Positions 53,337 to 63,230 of a stretch of 64,000 nucleotides of DNA are shown here, piece after piece. The notes beneath the pieces are model-generated. The model was not told where the DNA came from and did no database searches. It saw only the letters and a list, made by a program, of their open reading frames with translations. The stretch is from Candidatus Latescibacterota bacterium (lineage in GTDB: Bacteria > Latescibacterota > UBA2968 > UBA8231), in the NCBI GenBank assembly GCA_965208105.1, contig OZ242318.1, positions 2,944,001 through 3,008,000 on the forward strand, written 5' to 3'. The stretch's first letter is position 1; every line of letters starts with the position of its first letter. The position numbers and the translations under genes are program-made.

Positions 53337-54497
53337 ATGAAGATTCATGAATTTCAGGCCAAAGATCTTCTTCGGACATACCAGGTTCCCGTGCCTCCGG
53401 GAGGCGTTGCCGGCAGTGCCGATGAGGCCGAAAAAATCGCCGAGGAGATAGGCGGTCCAGTTGTTGTCAAAGCCCAGATTCATGCTGGCGGCCGTGGCAA
53501 AGGTGGCGGAATCAGGTTGGCTGATGGTCCAAGGGCCGCCGGGCGAGTGGCAAGCGAAATCATCGGAATGAGATTGGTCACTGCCCAGACTGGAGGCGAG
53601 GGGCAAAAGGTCAATCGCGTACTGGTCGAGGCTGCCAGCGAAATTGAGCGCGAGTTCTACATCGGGATTACACTGGACAGATCTCTGAGCAAGCTGGTGG
53701 TTATGGCCAGCCGTGAAGGCGGAGTGGAGGTCGAGAAGGTGGCGGCCGAAAGATCCGCAGACATCATCAGGGAGACCGTGGATCCGGGGTCGGGGCTATT
53801 GCCCTTCCAGGCTGCCAGGCTGGCTTTTGGTTTGGGCCTGGAAAGCCATCTGGTTCGCCAGGCAGCCAAAGTTATTCTCGGGTTGTACAAAGTTTACCAG
53901 GAATCGGATTGTTCTCTGGTAGAGGTGAATCCCCTGATACTTTCCAAAGATGGCAGGATTGTGGCCCTGGATGCCAAGATCAGCATTGACGACAATGCCC
54001 TTTTCCGCCATAAGGACCTGGCCGGGTTGCGGGATCTGGACGAGGAAGAAAAGATTGAGGTAGAAGCTGCCAGGTTCGGTCTGAATTACGTCAAGCTCGA
54101 TGGCAATATCGGGTGCATGGTCAACGGAGCAGGCCTGGCCATGGCCACTATGGACCTCATCAAGCTGGCGGGCGGCAGGCCTGCAAACTTTTTGGACGTT
54201 GGAGGGGGAGCTAGCGCTGAAATGGTGGAAAATGGTATCCGGATTCTGCTTTCCGACCCCAGCGTAAGAGGGATATTCGTCAATATCTTTGGGGGTATAG
54301 TTCGCTGTGACCGCGTGGCTGAAGGAGTAATCCTGGCATGTGAGAAATTAGATGCCAAAGTGCCAATCATGGTGCGTCTGGCGGGTACCAACGCAGACAT
54401 AGCGCACGAAATGTTGAAGGGTTCCGGCTTGAATTTTTTGGTCGCCACTGACCTTGAAGGGGCCGCGGAAAAAATTATATCTTCCATCAACTGCTAG
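53337..54497 (+). CDS. sucC: Succinyl-CoA synthetase beta subunit
   Basis: [40 protein letters not shown]. Confidence 0.97.
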   Translation: MKIHEFQAKDLLRTYQVPVPPGGVAGSADEAEKIAEEIGGPVVVKAQIHAGGRGKGGGIRLADGPRAAGRVASEIIGMRLVTAQTGGEGQKVNRVLVEAASEIEREFYIGITLDRSLSKLVVMASREGGVEVEKVAAERSADIIRETVDPGSGLLPFQAARLAFGLGLESHLVRQAAKVILGLYKVYQESDCSLVEVNPLILSKDGRIVALDAKISIDDNALFRHKDLAGLRDLDEEEKIEVEAARFGLNYVKLDGNIGCMVNGAGLAMATMDLIKLAGGRPANFLDVGGGASAEMVENGIRILLSDPSVRGIFVNIFGGIVRCDRVAEGVILACEKLDAKVPIMVRLAGTNADIAHEMLKGSGLNFLVATDLEGAAEKIISSINC

Positions 54498-54573
54498 TAT
54501 TTCCGGGCTGCCTGCCGGAGAAAGAACGCTATCTGCCAATAGAAAGCCCACCTGGTTTGGCAAGGGAAAACCA

Positions 54574-55443
54574 ATGAGCATTCTCGTCGATTCAAATACA
54601 AAGGTCGTCGTGCAGGGAATTACAGGCAGGGAGGGCACTTTTCATTCCCGGCAGATGATCGAGTACGGGACGAAAGTAGTCGGGGGCGTAACACCGGGCA
54701 AAGGCGGCCAGGCATTCGATGGGGTTCCGATATTCAATACTGTTTCAGCTGCCGTTGCTTCGACTGGAGCCGATGCCTCTGTAATTTTTGTGCCGGAGGC
54801 ATTTGCTGCCGATGCCATTATGGAGGCCGCTGATGCGGGGCTTGATCTGGTTGTATGCATTACCGAGGGAATACCTGCGGCGGATATGGTAGGAGCTTAC
54901 AGCTATGTGCGGGCTCGATCTGCCCGACTCATCGGGCCAAATTGCCCGGGTATCATTTCTCCGGGCAAATGCAAGATCGGAATAATGCCGGGATTTATTC
55001 ACAAGCCTGGTAGGGTAGGGGTGATTTCCCGAAGCGGAACTCTCACGTACGAAGTAGTGGACCAGTTGAGCGCGCGAGATATCGGGCAGTCTACCTGCAT
55101 CGGAATCGGCGGCGATCCAATTATCGGCACTCGATTCGTGGACGCCCTCAAGTTGTTTAAAGAGGATATCGACACCGAGGCGGTGGTCATTATAGGCGAG
55201 ATCGGCGGCTCGGCAGAAGAGGAAGCATCTGAATATATCAAGAGCAACTTCAACAAACCGGTCGTCGGGTTTATAGCCGGCCGCACCGCGCCTCCAGGCC
55301 GGCGCATGGGGCATGCAGGTGCCATCGTTGCCGGACATGGGGATACGGCGGCAAAAAAGATGGAGAATATGGCCGATGCGGGGATCTGTGTTTGCGAAAA
55401 TTTGGCCGGAGTCGGGGCTGCTGTGGAAATGGCATTGCGCTGA
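54574..55443 (+). CDS. sucD: Succinyl-CoA synthetase alpha subunit
   Basis: [29 protein letters not shown]. Confidence 0.97.
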   Translation: MSILVDSNTKVVVQGITGREGTFHSRQMIEYGTKVVGGVTPGKGGQAFDGVPIFNTVSAAVASTGADASVIFVPEAFAADAIMEAADAGLDLVVCITEGIPAADMVGAYSYVRARSARLIGPNCPGIISPGKCKIGIMPGFIHKPGRVGVISRSGTLTYEVVDQLSARDIGQSTCIGIGGDPIIGTRFVDALKLFKEDIDTEAVVIIGEIGGSAEEEASEYIKSNFNKPVVGFIAGRTAPPGRRMGHAGAIVAGHGDTAAKKMENMADAGICVCENLAGVGAAVEMALR

Positions 55444-55509
55444 TCAGGTTGGCGATGGAAAACCCGAAGCCTGATGGAGAATGGCAAGCGGGAAATAACG
55501 CGGATTGGG

Positions 55510-56442
55510 TTATTGGCTCACCCCGATAAAGCCCCGGGTGCGGTTGTACCACCAGAGGTAGTCGAAAAAAAGATCGGGGACGTAATGATCCATGCCCCGT
55601 CGAGTGAGATAAAGCACCGGGTGGCAAACTGCGGGAGAGAGAATCGTCGAGAGAAAGAGACGGCCAGGTGAAAATCGAGGTTTTTGAAGGAAGTCAAGCC
55701 TCAGCAGTTTGGCCAGTTCTGGATGTTTCTTTAGCAATAATGGCAGAGACTTCTCTCCATAGGTGTACATCAGCTGGCAGGTCTGTTCAAAGGCCCTCAG
55801 GTGGTTGTGAAACGACAGGGCACTGGGGACAAATTGGAACGAAGCTCCCTGCAAATGAAGGCGGTACCCCAGCTCCAGGTCTTCTCCGCCGTAGGCAGTG
55901 AAATCCTCGTCGAAGAGGCCCGCCTGCAACAGTTGGCGGCGCCGCAAGGAGGCATTGCCGGTTACAAAGCACTTGAAGGGCACTGGCTGCCCTTTTTTGA
56001 TCCGGTGAACCCCGCGGTTTTCCATGTAGCGGGTCAACGCGTTGGATGGAACTCGAGTGCCGAAGCGGATATTGCCGATACAGACGGTGTTGGGTTGGAT
56101 TCGGTGCATGGCGGCGTGGGTGCTTAAAAAGTCCCTCCTTACGGTCATGTCACTATCGAGGAATACCACTACCTCGCCGGTGGCTGTTCGCAGGCCCGTA
56201 TTTCGCGCCCTGGCGCGGCCCTGATTTACCCGGTGCCGAATTATGTTTGTAGGAAAGGGAGATTTGATACGGGCAAGGCGGTCTGCTTCCAGATCAGGGG
56301 ACGCATCGTCCACTACGATAATCTCCACGGCCTCGTGGGGGTAGTCCTGATCTGCCAGACTCTTGAGCGTATCGCTCAATCTTTCAGGTTCGTCGTAAGT
56401 GGGGATGATCACGCTGAGCGAAATAGGGGGATCAGGTACCAT
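55510..56442 (-). CDS. Glycosyltransferase family 2
   Basis: SVIIPTY, VVDDAS, ARNTG, FLDSD, GGEDLELGYRL. Confidence 0.93.
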   Translation of the reverse strand: MVPDPPISLSVIIPTYDEPERLSDTLKSLADQDYPHEAVEIIVVDDASPDLEADRLARIKSPFPTNIIRHRVNQGRARARNTGLRTATGEVVVFLDSDMTVRRDFLSTHAAMHRIQPNTVCIGNIRFGTRVPSNALTRYMENRGVHRIKKGQPVPFKCFVTGNASLRRRQLLQAGLFDEDFTAYGGEDLELGYRLHLQGASFQFVPSALSFHNHLRAFEQTCQLMYTYGEKSLPLLLKKHPELAKLLRLDFLQKPRFSPGRLFLSTILSPAVCHPVLYLTRRGMDHYVPDLFFDYLWWYNRTRGFIGVSQ

Positions 56443-56455
56443 GAACCAACCCTTG

Positions 56456-57583
56456 TCACAGCGTTGCGTAGAGTTGAATTAGTTTTCCCGATTCTCGTTC
56501 CCAGTTGTATCTCCGCGCCGCCCGCAGAGCTGCTTCGGAATACGCCCTCAGTTTGGACTCATCTCCCAGGATGCGGCTAATGCTTCGCCTGATTGCAGCT
56601 ACATCCATGGGATCTACCACATCACCAGCTCCAGCCTTGCCGACTATGGCCTGCATTTCAGGGAAGTTGCTGGCCAGGACCGGCAGGCCGGCCATCAGAT
56701 ATTCAAAAAGTTTGTTGGGTATGGAATAGAAAAAACTTTTGCCTGTCTTCTTGATCACACACAGTCCCAGGTCAGCCGAGCAGGTATAGGAATGCAGTTC
56801 CTGAAAGGGGACTCTGGGGATGAAGTATACCCTGTCTTGGAGCCCTGCCTGGACGACCTGCTTTTTCAGTGCGGCCTCGCAGGGACCGCCGCCGATCAGC
56901 ACGAACGTCACTCCAGTGAGCCCTGCCGCTGCATCTATCTGCTCCCTCAAGCCGTTTTCTGTCAGGAACCCTCCCTGGTACAGTACGATTGGTGTTTCCG
57001 GGGGCAAGTTCAGTTCCGATCGGATTCGATCGCTTTTTTCCGGAGGTCTATAAGGAGGAAAATTCCGCAGTACGGTAACGCAGTCGAGATTATATCGTTC
57101 TTGAAGGGAATGGGCAATGGAGGGGCTGACTGTGATGGTGTGATCGACCTTCCTGATCAGAATTCTCTCCATACAAGCCCAAAAAGCTCGAATGCCGGGC
57201 CGGTGTACCAGTGAGGATTGCTCAGTCCATAATTCGTGTGAGTCGTAGATCAATGGCGCATCGAAATGTTTCGCCGCGCGCGCGGCCGGCCATAGCGTAT
57301 CCAGGTCATGGGCATGGTAGGCATCGGCCCCAAGGGTGGCGAGGAGTTGGTTTGCGCGTCGCCAGAAATCGGGGTAGGAGAATTTCAGGGAGGTTGAGAG
57401 ATTCACCGGGATCGAGTGAATTTCGAAATTTTCCCACCCCCGCAGCGGTGCCTGGTCGAAGGCTGCGGCGACAATTGAAATACGGTGACCGGCGGCATTC
57501 AATGCCGTCGCTTCTCGAAAAATTCTGAAGTCGAAGTGCAAGTTGCTGAACGCTATCATGCATATGTGCATAGATTTATACAA
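56456..57583 (-). CDS. Glycosyltransferase family 4
   Basis: YHAHDLDT, YDSHE, PNKLFEYLMAGLPV, YNWE. Confidence 0.93.
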   Translation of the reverse strand: MYKSMHICMIAFSNLHFDFRIFREATALNAAGHRISIVAAAFDQAPLRGWENFEIHSIPVNLSTSLKFSYPDFWRRANQLLATLGADAYHAHDLDTLWPAARAAKHFDAPLIYDSHELWTEQSSLVHRPGIRAFWACMERILIRKVDHTITVSPSIAHSLQERYNLDCVTVLRNFPPYRPPEKSDRIRSELNLPPETPIVLYQGGFLTENGLREQIDAAAGLTGVTFVLIGGGPCEAALKKQVVQAGLQDRVYFIPRVPFQELHSYTCSADLGLCVIKKTGKSFFYSIPNKLFEYLMAGLPVLASNFPEMQAIVGKAGAGDVVDPMDVAAIRRSISRILGDESKLRAYSEAALRAARRYNWERESGKLIQLYATL

Positions 57584-57803
57584 TGAAGGGGAATGGAGAG
57601 GAGAAGCTTTAAAATAGTGACGGGTTGTGGTTCAGACTTGGGGAAGTAGCTGCCGAGCCAGGTCGAATTTCCCCTGGTGAAGGGAGGGAGGCTGGCTTAA
57701 GGCCGGCGGAGCGAGACCCCGAATTTACATTGAGTCCTGGTTGGCAGCTCCTGGAGCTGCCACTGCTCCTCCAAATGCTGGGAAATAATTTCCGCATCTT
57801 AAA

Positions 57804-57843
57804 CTGAAAAGCAGCCCGTCTTTGGCGACGGGCTGCTTTTCAG
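57804..57843. terminator. Bidirectional intrinsic terminator
   Basis: Perfect 17-bp stem CTGAAAAGCAGCCCGTC-TTTGGC-GACGGGCTGCTTTTCAG with T-runs on both strands. Confidence 0.85.
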
Positions 57844-57847
57844 GGTA

Positions 57848-58012
57848 GAGTGTGGCGATCATCTATGGCGTGATCTCAAAGACCGCAAGCAAGATTCTCA
57901 AACGAGACGGTGTGGGAAGGATTGCTTTGAAAACCTTAGAGCCCGAAAAGGGGAATTCGGATTCTGCGGTGTATTGAAAACAATCTATCACCCCCAGCGA
58001 ACCGCCACACTC
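57848..58012 (-). ncRNA. Rod-shaped structured ncRNA, 6S RNA candidate
   Basis: Ends pair (GAGTGTGGCGGTT/GATCGCCACACTC); nested stems GGGGTGAT/ATCACGCC and ACCGCAG/TTGCGGT flank an AT-rich bubble. G-U pairs favour the minus strand. About 165 nt, followed by a terminator. Confidence 0.5.
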
Positions 58013-58096
58013 AAGGCCATTATGTGCAAATCCGCATACTCTCCAGTGGGTGTAGTGAAGTATCTCCAGCCCATAGTAATCTATTCACGCGTGGAT

Positions 58097-58125
58097 AATT
58101 TACACACCAGGTCGTGTATTGTCAA
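58097..58125 (-). promoter_or_regulatory. Sigma70 promoter overlapped by a palindromic operator
   Basis: TTGACA-17 bp-TAAATT on the minus strand, overlapped by TACAC-N8-GTGTA (58101-58118). Confidence 0.6.
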
Positions 58126-58260
58126 GTGGAATAGCTAGGTCCGGGCAAGGTTGAATGCCGGAAGAAATACACAAGCCAGTGTCCGAAGCGATTACACTTG
58201 CGCCTGGCTGTTTTTGGGCTAAATTACACATCCCATATGGGCAGAGCAGGCGGAAAAATA

Positions 58261-58779
58261 ATGCAATTGCAGTTTGCTGAGATGGTCAAAGAGGCAAGAA
58301 AAAAAGTGGGTTTAAGTCAGGCAAAGTTGGGGGAAAAGATCGGCGTTTGGAATACTTACGTGGGTCAGATCGAAAAGGGAGAGAAAGTACCTTCGGATGA
58401 AAAGGTGGTGAAGCTGGCAGAGGTTTTGGAGCTTAACACCGATAAAGTTCTCCTTGTGGCCTACCAGTCCAGGGCAGACTCAATCAAAGCCAAAGACCTG
58501 TTTTTCAAGATGGAAACTGCTCTCAGCGATCCAGTGCTTCAACGATTGCTCTCGACGGGAAAGCCACTTGATCCAGGTGTTTTGGAGGCCCTCGGCGATG
58601 CTGATATTTGTGAGGCATTGAGGAAAGAAGAATGGCGCCGAATGTTCGCCTTATGCTACAAAGTAGGAAAGAATCGCGATATCCCCGGCCTGGTGGCTCT
58701 GGTTTCCGCAATGAACGACCAACAATGGTCGGCGATGATGAACATTATTCAAGCCATGGGACTCGAGCTGCCAGATTGA
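58261..58779 (+). CDS. XRE-family HTH transcriptional regulator
   Basis: VKEARKKVGLSQAKLGEKIGVWNTYVGQIEKGEKVPS. Confidence 0.88.
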   Translation: MQLQFAEMVKEARKKVGLSQAKLGEKIGVWNTYVGQIEKGEKVPSDEKVVKLAEVLELNTDKVLLVAYQSRADSIKAKDLFFKMETALSDPVLQRLLSTGKPLDPGVLEALGDADICEALRKEEWRRMFALCYKVGKNRDIPGLVALVSAMNDQQWSAMMNIIQAMGLELPD

Positions 58780-58852
58780 GTGCGGTGGAAATGATTGTCC
58801 TGCGGCCGATATTCAATTAGGTCTGCCATATTCCGGCAGGGAGATATTGAGT

Positions 58853-59113
58853 GTGAATTGTAATTGTTTTGAAATGAATGTGTCCGCATATATGGATGAT
58901 GATTTAGGGCCGCAGATGGTTCAGTGCATGGAGCAACACTCGCTGCATTGCATGGCCTGCAGCGACATTCTAAAAGGTATGTGGCAGGTTCGGATGACAT
59001 TGCAAGGCCTCCGCAAGCAAAGTCCTCCTGCCAGTTTCAAACTCAGGCTGTCAAACTGTTTGCAGGAAGCGTCATTCCCACCAGGCCGGCCTCGGCCTCA
59101 TTTGCTGGCATGA
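58853..59113 (+). CDS. Zinc-binding anti-sigma (zf-HC2) domain protein, possibly truncated
   Basis: C...VSAYMDDDL...HSLHCMAC (HxxxCxxC); SD GGGAG. Confidence 0.7.
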   Translation: MNCNCFEMNVSAYMDDDLGPQMVQCMEQHSLHCMACSDILKGMWQVRMTLQGLRKQSPPASFKLRLSNCLQEASFPPGRPRPHLLA

Positions 59114-59403
59114 GGTCCGCCTTCGTCTGATCCCGGTTGGGCTCATCGAGGTTCACCTCACAGGCAGTTTCCCGGGGGCTGACTCCTTGGCCACGGGTCC
59201 AGGCAGGCGGCTGTCGACGGCCACAGGCGCTCCCCCCGGGCCCGATTCCTCCCCAACAAGTAACCGGCAGCCCCCGGCCTCGGTTAAACAACCAACGACT
59301 TGCCCGCCTCCAGGGGCCACCGTGCCTCCATACCGGCCCTCCTTCCGACAACTCCCGAACCAGGGCAGCAAATTGAGGGCAGCCATAGCTTTCACCCGGC
59401 TGT

Positions 59404-59562
59404 TCAGGATTCGGTGTTTGGGGGGTCATTTTCCAGCAATTGTTCCAATTCTTCTATTTTCTTCCGCAGGCTTTTTTCTCTGAATTGCAAGCGGAAAATA
59501 TAGGCGAATAGTACAATCCACGTCGCAGTGTAGGCAGCGAAGAGATAAGAAAGATTATCCAC
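59404..59562 (-). CDS. ccmD: CcmD-family heme exporter protein D (52 aa, not in ORF track)
   Basis: Hand translation from GTG: MDNLSYLFAAYTATWIVLFAYIFRLQFREKSLRKKIEELEQLL...; lies immediately downstream of ccmC. Confidence 0.75.
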   Translation of the reverse strand: MDNLSYLFAAYTATWIVLFAYIFRLQFREKSLRKKIEELEQLLENDPPNTES

Positions 59563-59566
59563 CCTA

Positions 59567-60268
59567 TTACCTCGGCGAAATATCTGGATGGCCGTCCAGA
59601 TTGCGTTTTATCTGAGCAAGTCTTTCTGCTGCCTTCTCAATTGCGTACCTACGCTGAACCAGGTAAAGAAAAAGCAGGGAAAAAGTCAGGTAGCCCAGAT
59701 AGCGGGCGAGCCGCATTTCAAATGAAAGGCTTACGTCCCTGGGGTGTAGCTGCTGGTCGGGAGACCAGAGGTAGACCGAGTAGTAAACCAGGGGTATGTT
59801 GACGAATGCCAATATGCCCAGGACCGCGGCAAATCGTTGCGCACGGTCGGTGGGTGCAAGTTCACGAACCATCAGGTAGGCCACGTAAACCGCAAATAGT
59901 ATCAGCATGGAGGTAAGACGTGGTTCCCATCGCCAGTAGGTACCCCAGATTGGGCGAGCCCAGATGGGACCTGTAATCAAGACGACAAGCGCGAATATCA
60001 CCCCCAACTCGGCACCACTCACGGCTAGATGGTCCCACTTGGCCTTCCTGGTCCGCAGGTACTGAATACTGCCGACAAAGACCAAAAGAAATCCCAGGAA
60101 GGCGGAAAAGGCCGCAGACACGTGGAAATAGAAGATGCGTTGGACAAGGCCCATTTCCCGCTCGGTGGGAACGTAGATGAACACGGCATAGAGGAGGCTT
60201 GCCATACAGATGAAAACCAATATGGCATGCAAGTTGGGAAGCCATGTGGATATGGAGCTCATTGCCAT
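59567..60268 (-). CDS. ccmC: Heme exporter/cytochrome c biogenesis protein CcmC
   Basis: RIFYFHV, GPIWARPIWGTYWRWEPRLTS. Confidence 0.93.
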   Translation of the reverse strand: MAMSSISTWLPNLHAILVFICMASLLYAVFIYVPTEREMGLVQRIFYFHVSAAFSAFLGFLLVFVGSIQYLRTRKAKWDHLAVSGAELGVIFALVVLITGPIWARPIWGTYWRWEPRLTSMLILFAVYVAYLMVRELAPTDRAQRFAAVLGILAFVNIPLVYYSVYLWSPDQQLHPRDVSLSFEMRLARYLGYLTFSLLFLYLVQRRYAIEKAAERLAQIKRNLDGHPDISPR

Positions 60269-60289
60269 TTCCCAGGATTTTAGTGCGGT

Positions 60290-60967
60290 CTATTCTTCAA
60301 GAATATACTCGAACAAAATTAGCGACAAAACGGAAAATACCACCACGTATACCCCGAGAATTTGAAGGTAGGGCAAGTACTCTTGGGGTGGACTGTTTTC
60401 AAAAATCAGGCCAGTAGCTCTTACGCAGGAAATCAGTGCCGGCAATGCTATGGGCAATAGTAGCAGTGGCAGCAGTTGTTCCCTGAGTCGCATGTTCTCT
60501 GCCATTGCCGCGAACAGGGTTCCTACCGAAGCAAGGCTGGCCGCTCCAAGGAAGAGAACACCCAATAGAGGAATCAGGTAGAGTCCGACACGGAGGTTAA
60601 ATAACAGAGCAAAGACAGGCAAACTGAGGAGTTCGACGATTAACAGGAAGAGAAGGTTGCCCAGCATTTTGCCCAAATAGATAGCACCGTAGTCTCCCGG
60701 TGACAGCAATAGCGCATCGACGCAGTTGTCTTCCCGTTCGGCAGCAAAGGTATGAATCAGGCCGAGCAAGCCCGCAAATACGAAGGACGACCACAGTACT
60801 CCTGGACCGATTTCCTTGACCGGGGTTCCGTCCGAATTGAACGAGAAGCTGAAAACCAGCAAGGTCAGGAACAAGAAAAACACCATTGGAAAGAGGCGTT
60901 CTTTGGTGCGCCATTCAGTCAATATGTCTTTCCACAAGATCCCCAGAATTTGGTTGGTGAAGTTCAC
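60290..60967 (-). CDS. ccmB: Heme exporter protein CcmB
   Basis: WKDILTEWR, PGVLW, IYLGK, LLPLLLLP; GTG start. Confidence 0.92.
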   Translation of the reverse strand: MNFTNQILGILWKDILTEWRTKERLFPMVFFLFLTLLVFSFSFNSDGTPVKEIGPGVLWSSFVFAGLLGLIHTFAAEREDNCVDALLLSPGDYGAIYLGKMLGNLLFLLIVELLSLPVFALLFNLRVGLYLIPLLGVLFLGAASLASVGTLFAAMAENMRLREQLLPLLLLPIALPALISCVRATGLIFENSPPQEYLPYLQILGVYVVVFSVLSLILFEYILEE

Positions 60968-61677
60968 GGATAGTCTTCTAGGTGTTCCTGGAAGTGGGAG
61001 TGGAGATCCTCCGCTGTTTTGCCGGTCCAAGGGCCCTGCTGGCAAAGTTTTCCACGGTGGAGAATTACAAGATGATCCATCAAGTGGACCGCCGCATCTG
61101 CCCTGTGGGTTACCAGTACGCAGGTGTGACCCTGTTTTTTGAAGGTGCTGAGTTGGTTCTCAAGAACCGCCGCGGCGCCAGAGTCGAGGCCGGTGTAGGG
61201 TTCGTCCAGGAGGAGGATGGAGGGCTGGTGTATGGTTGCCCTTGCCAGAGCCAGACGCTGTTTCATGCCCCGGGAAAAGGTATTTACCTTTTGATCCTGG
61301 CGTTCCAGAAGACCCGTCTCGGAAAGAGCGGCGTCAACGCGGTGGGGACGATTTGGCAGATCATAGAGCCGGGCGAAAAAAAGAAGGTTCTCTCGGGCAC
61401 TCAGGTTATTGTAAAGAAGGAAATTATGCGCTAGCAGGCCAATATTCGCACGCGTTGCAGGCGTGCTCGCCGGATCGGCGCCATCGATGAGGACTTGCCC
61501 GGCGGTTGGTTTGCAGATGCCGGCCAGGAGGCGCAGCAATGTGCTCTTGCCGGCACCATTCGATCCCGCGAGCAAGAGGAACTTCCCCCGGCACAGCCTG
61601 AGGTCTATTCCGTTCAAGGCCATGACCGGGCCATAGTGTTTACTGACCCGCTTCAGCCTGATGGCTTCAGTTCTCAT
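60964..61677 (-). CDS. ccmA: Heme ABC exporter ATPase CcmA
   Basis: GSNGAGKST, FSRGMKQR, LLDEPYTGLD. Confidence 0.9.
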   Translation of the reverse strand: MRTEAIRLKRVSKHYGPVMALNGIDLRLCRGKFLLLAGSNGAGKSTLLRLLAGICKPTAGQVLIDGADPASTPATRANIGLLAHNFLLYNNLSARENLLFFARLYDLPNRPHRVDAALSETGLLERQDQKVNTFSRGMKQRLALARATIHQPSILLLDEPYTGLDSGAAAVLENQLSTFKKQGHTCVLVTHRADAAVHLMDHLVILHRGKLCQQGPWTGKTAEDLHSHFQEHLEDYP

Positions 61678-62776
61678 CCCGTTCGTCCAGAAGGGCATAG
61701 ACATTCAGAGCCTGGTCAACGAGCTGGTCTCGCTGTGCCTGGTGGCGGGCTGCATCGCCGATCCCTGCTGTATCGTCGAGCTGAGCCAGTTCCTCGATGA
61801 TCCTCCTGCGCCGGTTTTGCAAGGCTGAACGGTCCAGGGAGGCAGCTGATGAAGCTGTGGCGGCCGGAAGCCGACCGAGGAAAAGGGCAAGAGTTCCTAC
61901 CAGGACGCAGGCGCCAAGGGAAGCCCATTTGAGGGCCCATCGCCAGGAGGTGAGTAAGGGAAATGGAATTAGGATGTTTTGATTTGGCTGGAGATCGCGC
62001 AATTGCAGGTGGCGGTACTGAATGTCGTGGAGGGTAGCCTCCCCCAGATCCTCAAATGGGCCTGCTGGATGGAGATTGCTTGGTTTCAAAAAAATGTTGA
62101 TAACATCTGTGGGATAGAGAACGGTGTGCAGGTATCCCTCGTCGAGCTGCTGTCGATCCAGTTGATAGGAAAAAGCGATCTGTGAGATTCCCGGTGTAAG
62201 AGGCCGGCCGTCAAAAAAGCGGTTGGTGCCGGCCTGGATGATACCTTCAGACAGGTTGAGGGCATCCGCGGGCAGCGATAATTCAGTCACGCGTCCATCT
62301 CCAACCTGGCCGTGGCCCACATATGTACGCTCTCCCCGGTTTTCTAGTTCAAGGAACTGGGCGACATTGATCACTGCTGATTCGATGTCAATGAAGAAAT
62401 TGTGGGTCAGAATGCGGATGTCGTTGTCCGAATCCGTGGTCTCGTACACCTCTATTATGATCTCCTTTTGTCCACCCACTTCGAGTGCGGAAGTAGGGTG
62501 GGGAACATCCTTGTAAAAAGCCACCAGGGCAAAGCGAAGCCCTGGAGAAATAAATGGACCTGTAAACTCGAAGCGTCCGCTATCGTCCGTTGGTCTTCGC
62601 AGAATTTCGCTCCATTGGCCATCCTGGATGGCGACGAAGGCTACTTCGGTTGCACCAGCAGGAGTTTCGGTGATCGGATTGACGACATAGCCTCGGACCG
62701 TGTCGGCGCCTGCTGCAGCTGTGCTCAAAAGGAAGCCGCAAAGGACTTCAGCGAGTTGTGGTCGACAAGCTTTCAT
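61667..62776 (-). CDS. Periplasmic, membrane-anchored protein of the ccm cluster
   Basis: Signal peptide, beta-sandwich-like N-terminus (TDDSGRFEF), C-terminal TM plus helical tail; overlaps both neighbours. Confidence 0.65.
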   Translation of the reverse strand: MKACRPQLAEVLCGFLLSTAAAGADTVRGYVVNPITETPAGATEVAFVAIQDGQWSEILRRPTDDSGRFEFTGPFISPGLRFALVAFYKDVPHPTSALEVGGQKEIIIEVYETTDSDNDIRILTHNFFIDIESAVINVAQFLELENRGERTYVGHGQVGDGRVTELSLPADALNLSEGIIQAGTNRFFDGRPLTPGISQIAFSYQLDRQQLDEGYLHTVLYPTDVINIFLKPSNLHPAGPFEDLGEATLHDIQYRHLQLRDLQPNQNILIPFPLLTSWRWALKWASLGACVLVGTLALFLGRLPAATASSAASLDRSALQNRRRRIIEELAQLDDTAGIGDAARHQAQRDQLVDQALNVYALLDERDEN

Positions 62777-63228
62777 GGACTGGCCTGCTGTCCAAGGCGA
62801 GTTCCACAACTAGCACAGAAACGGTCCTTCTCCCGGCTCGGGGCAGCGCAGTTGGGGCAACGTTCCGGCGGCGTTAACCGGTTCTGTCTCAGGGCCAGGA
62901 TATCAGCTTCGATCGACTCCCTCAAGGTCCTCGTGCCGGAAGAATCCCGGGCTTGATCCAATCGCCTGATAACCGAGAGGGCTTCTTTTTCAAGGTCGCG
63001 GCGCAGGTCTTCGAAGTCCCCGGTGGATAACTTTCCCAGAGCCTTGTCGAATTCAAGCTCTTTGATTGCGGCGTAAAGTTGACCTTGACGCTCAACCAGC
63101 TCTTGGACATGGACGGATGAACTGGATTGCTCAGTGGTCTGCCGGCCAGCGGCGATGAATGGATGGACTACAAATATTCCAAAGGCGAGCATCAGGCCAA
63201 TGCTGAATAAAAGAACGAGGTACTCCAT
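62773..63228 (-). CDS. CcmI-like TM/coiled protein with Zn ribbon
   Basis: N-terminal TM, IKELEFDKALGKLS, CPNC...FCASCG. Confidence 0.7.
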   Translation of the reverse strand: MEYLVLLFSIGLMLAFGIFVVHPFIAAGRQTTEQSSSSVHVQELVERQGQLYAAIKELEFDKALGKLSTGDFEDLRRDLEKEALSVIRRLDQARDSSGTRTLRESIEADILALRQNRLTPPERCPNCAAPSREKDRFCASCGTRLGQQASP

Positions 63229-63230
63229 AA

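Noticed and set aside
59114-59400. Several short ORFs
   Set aside because: Pro/Arg-rich shadow-like frames without motifs.
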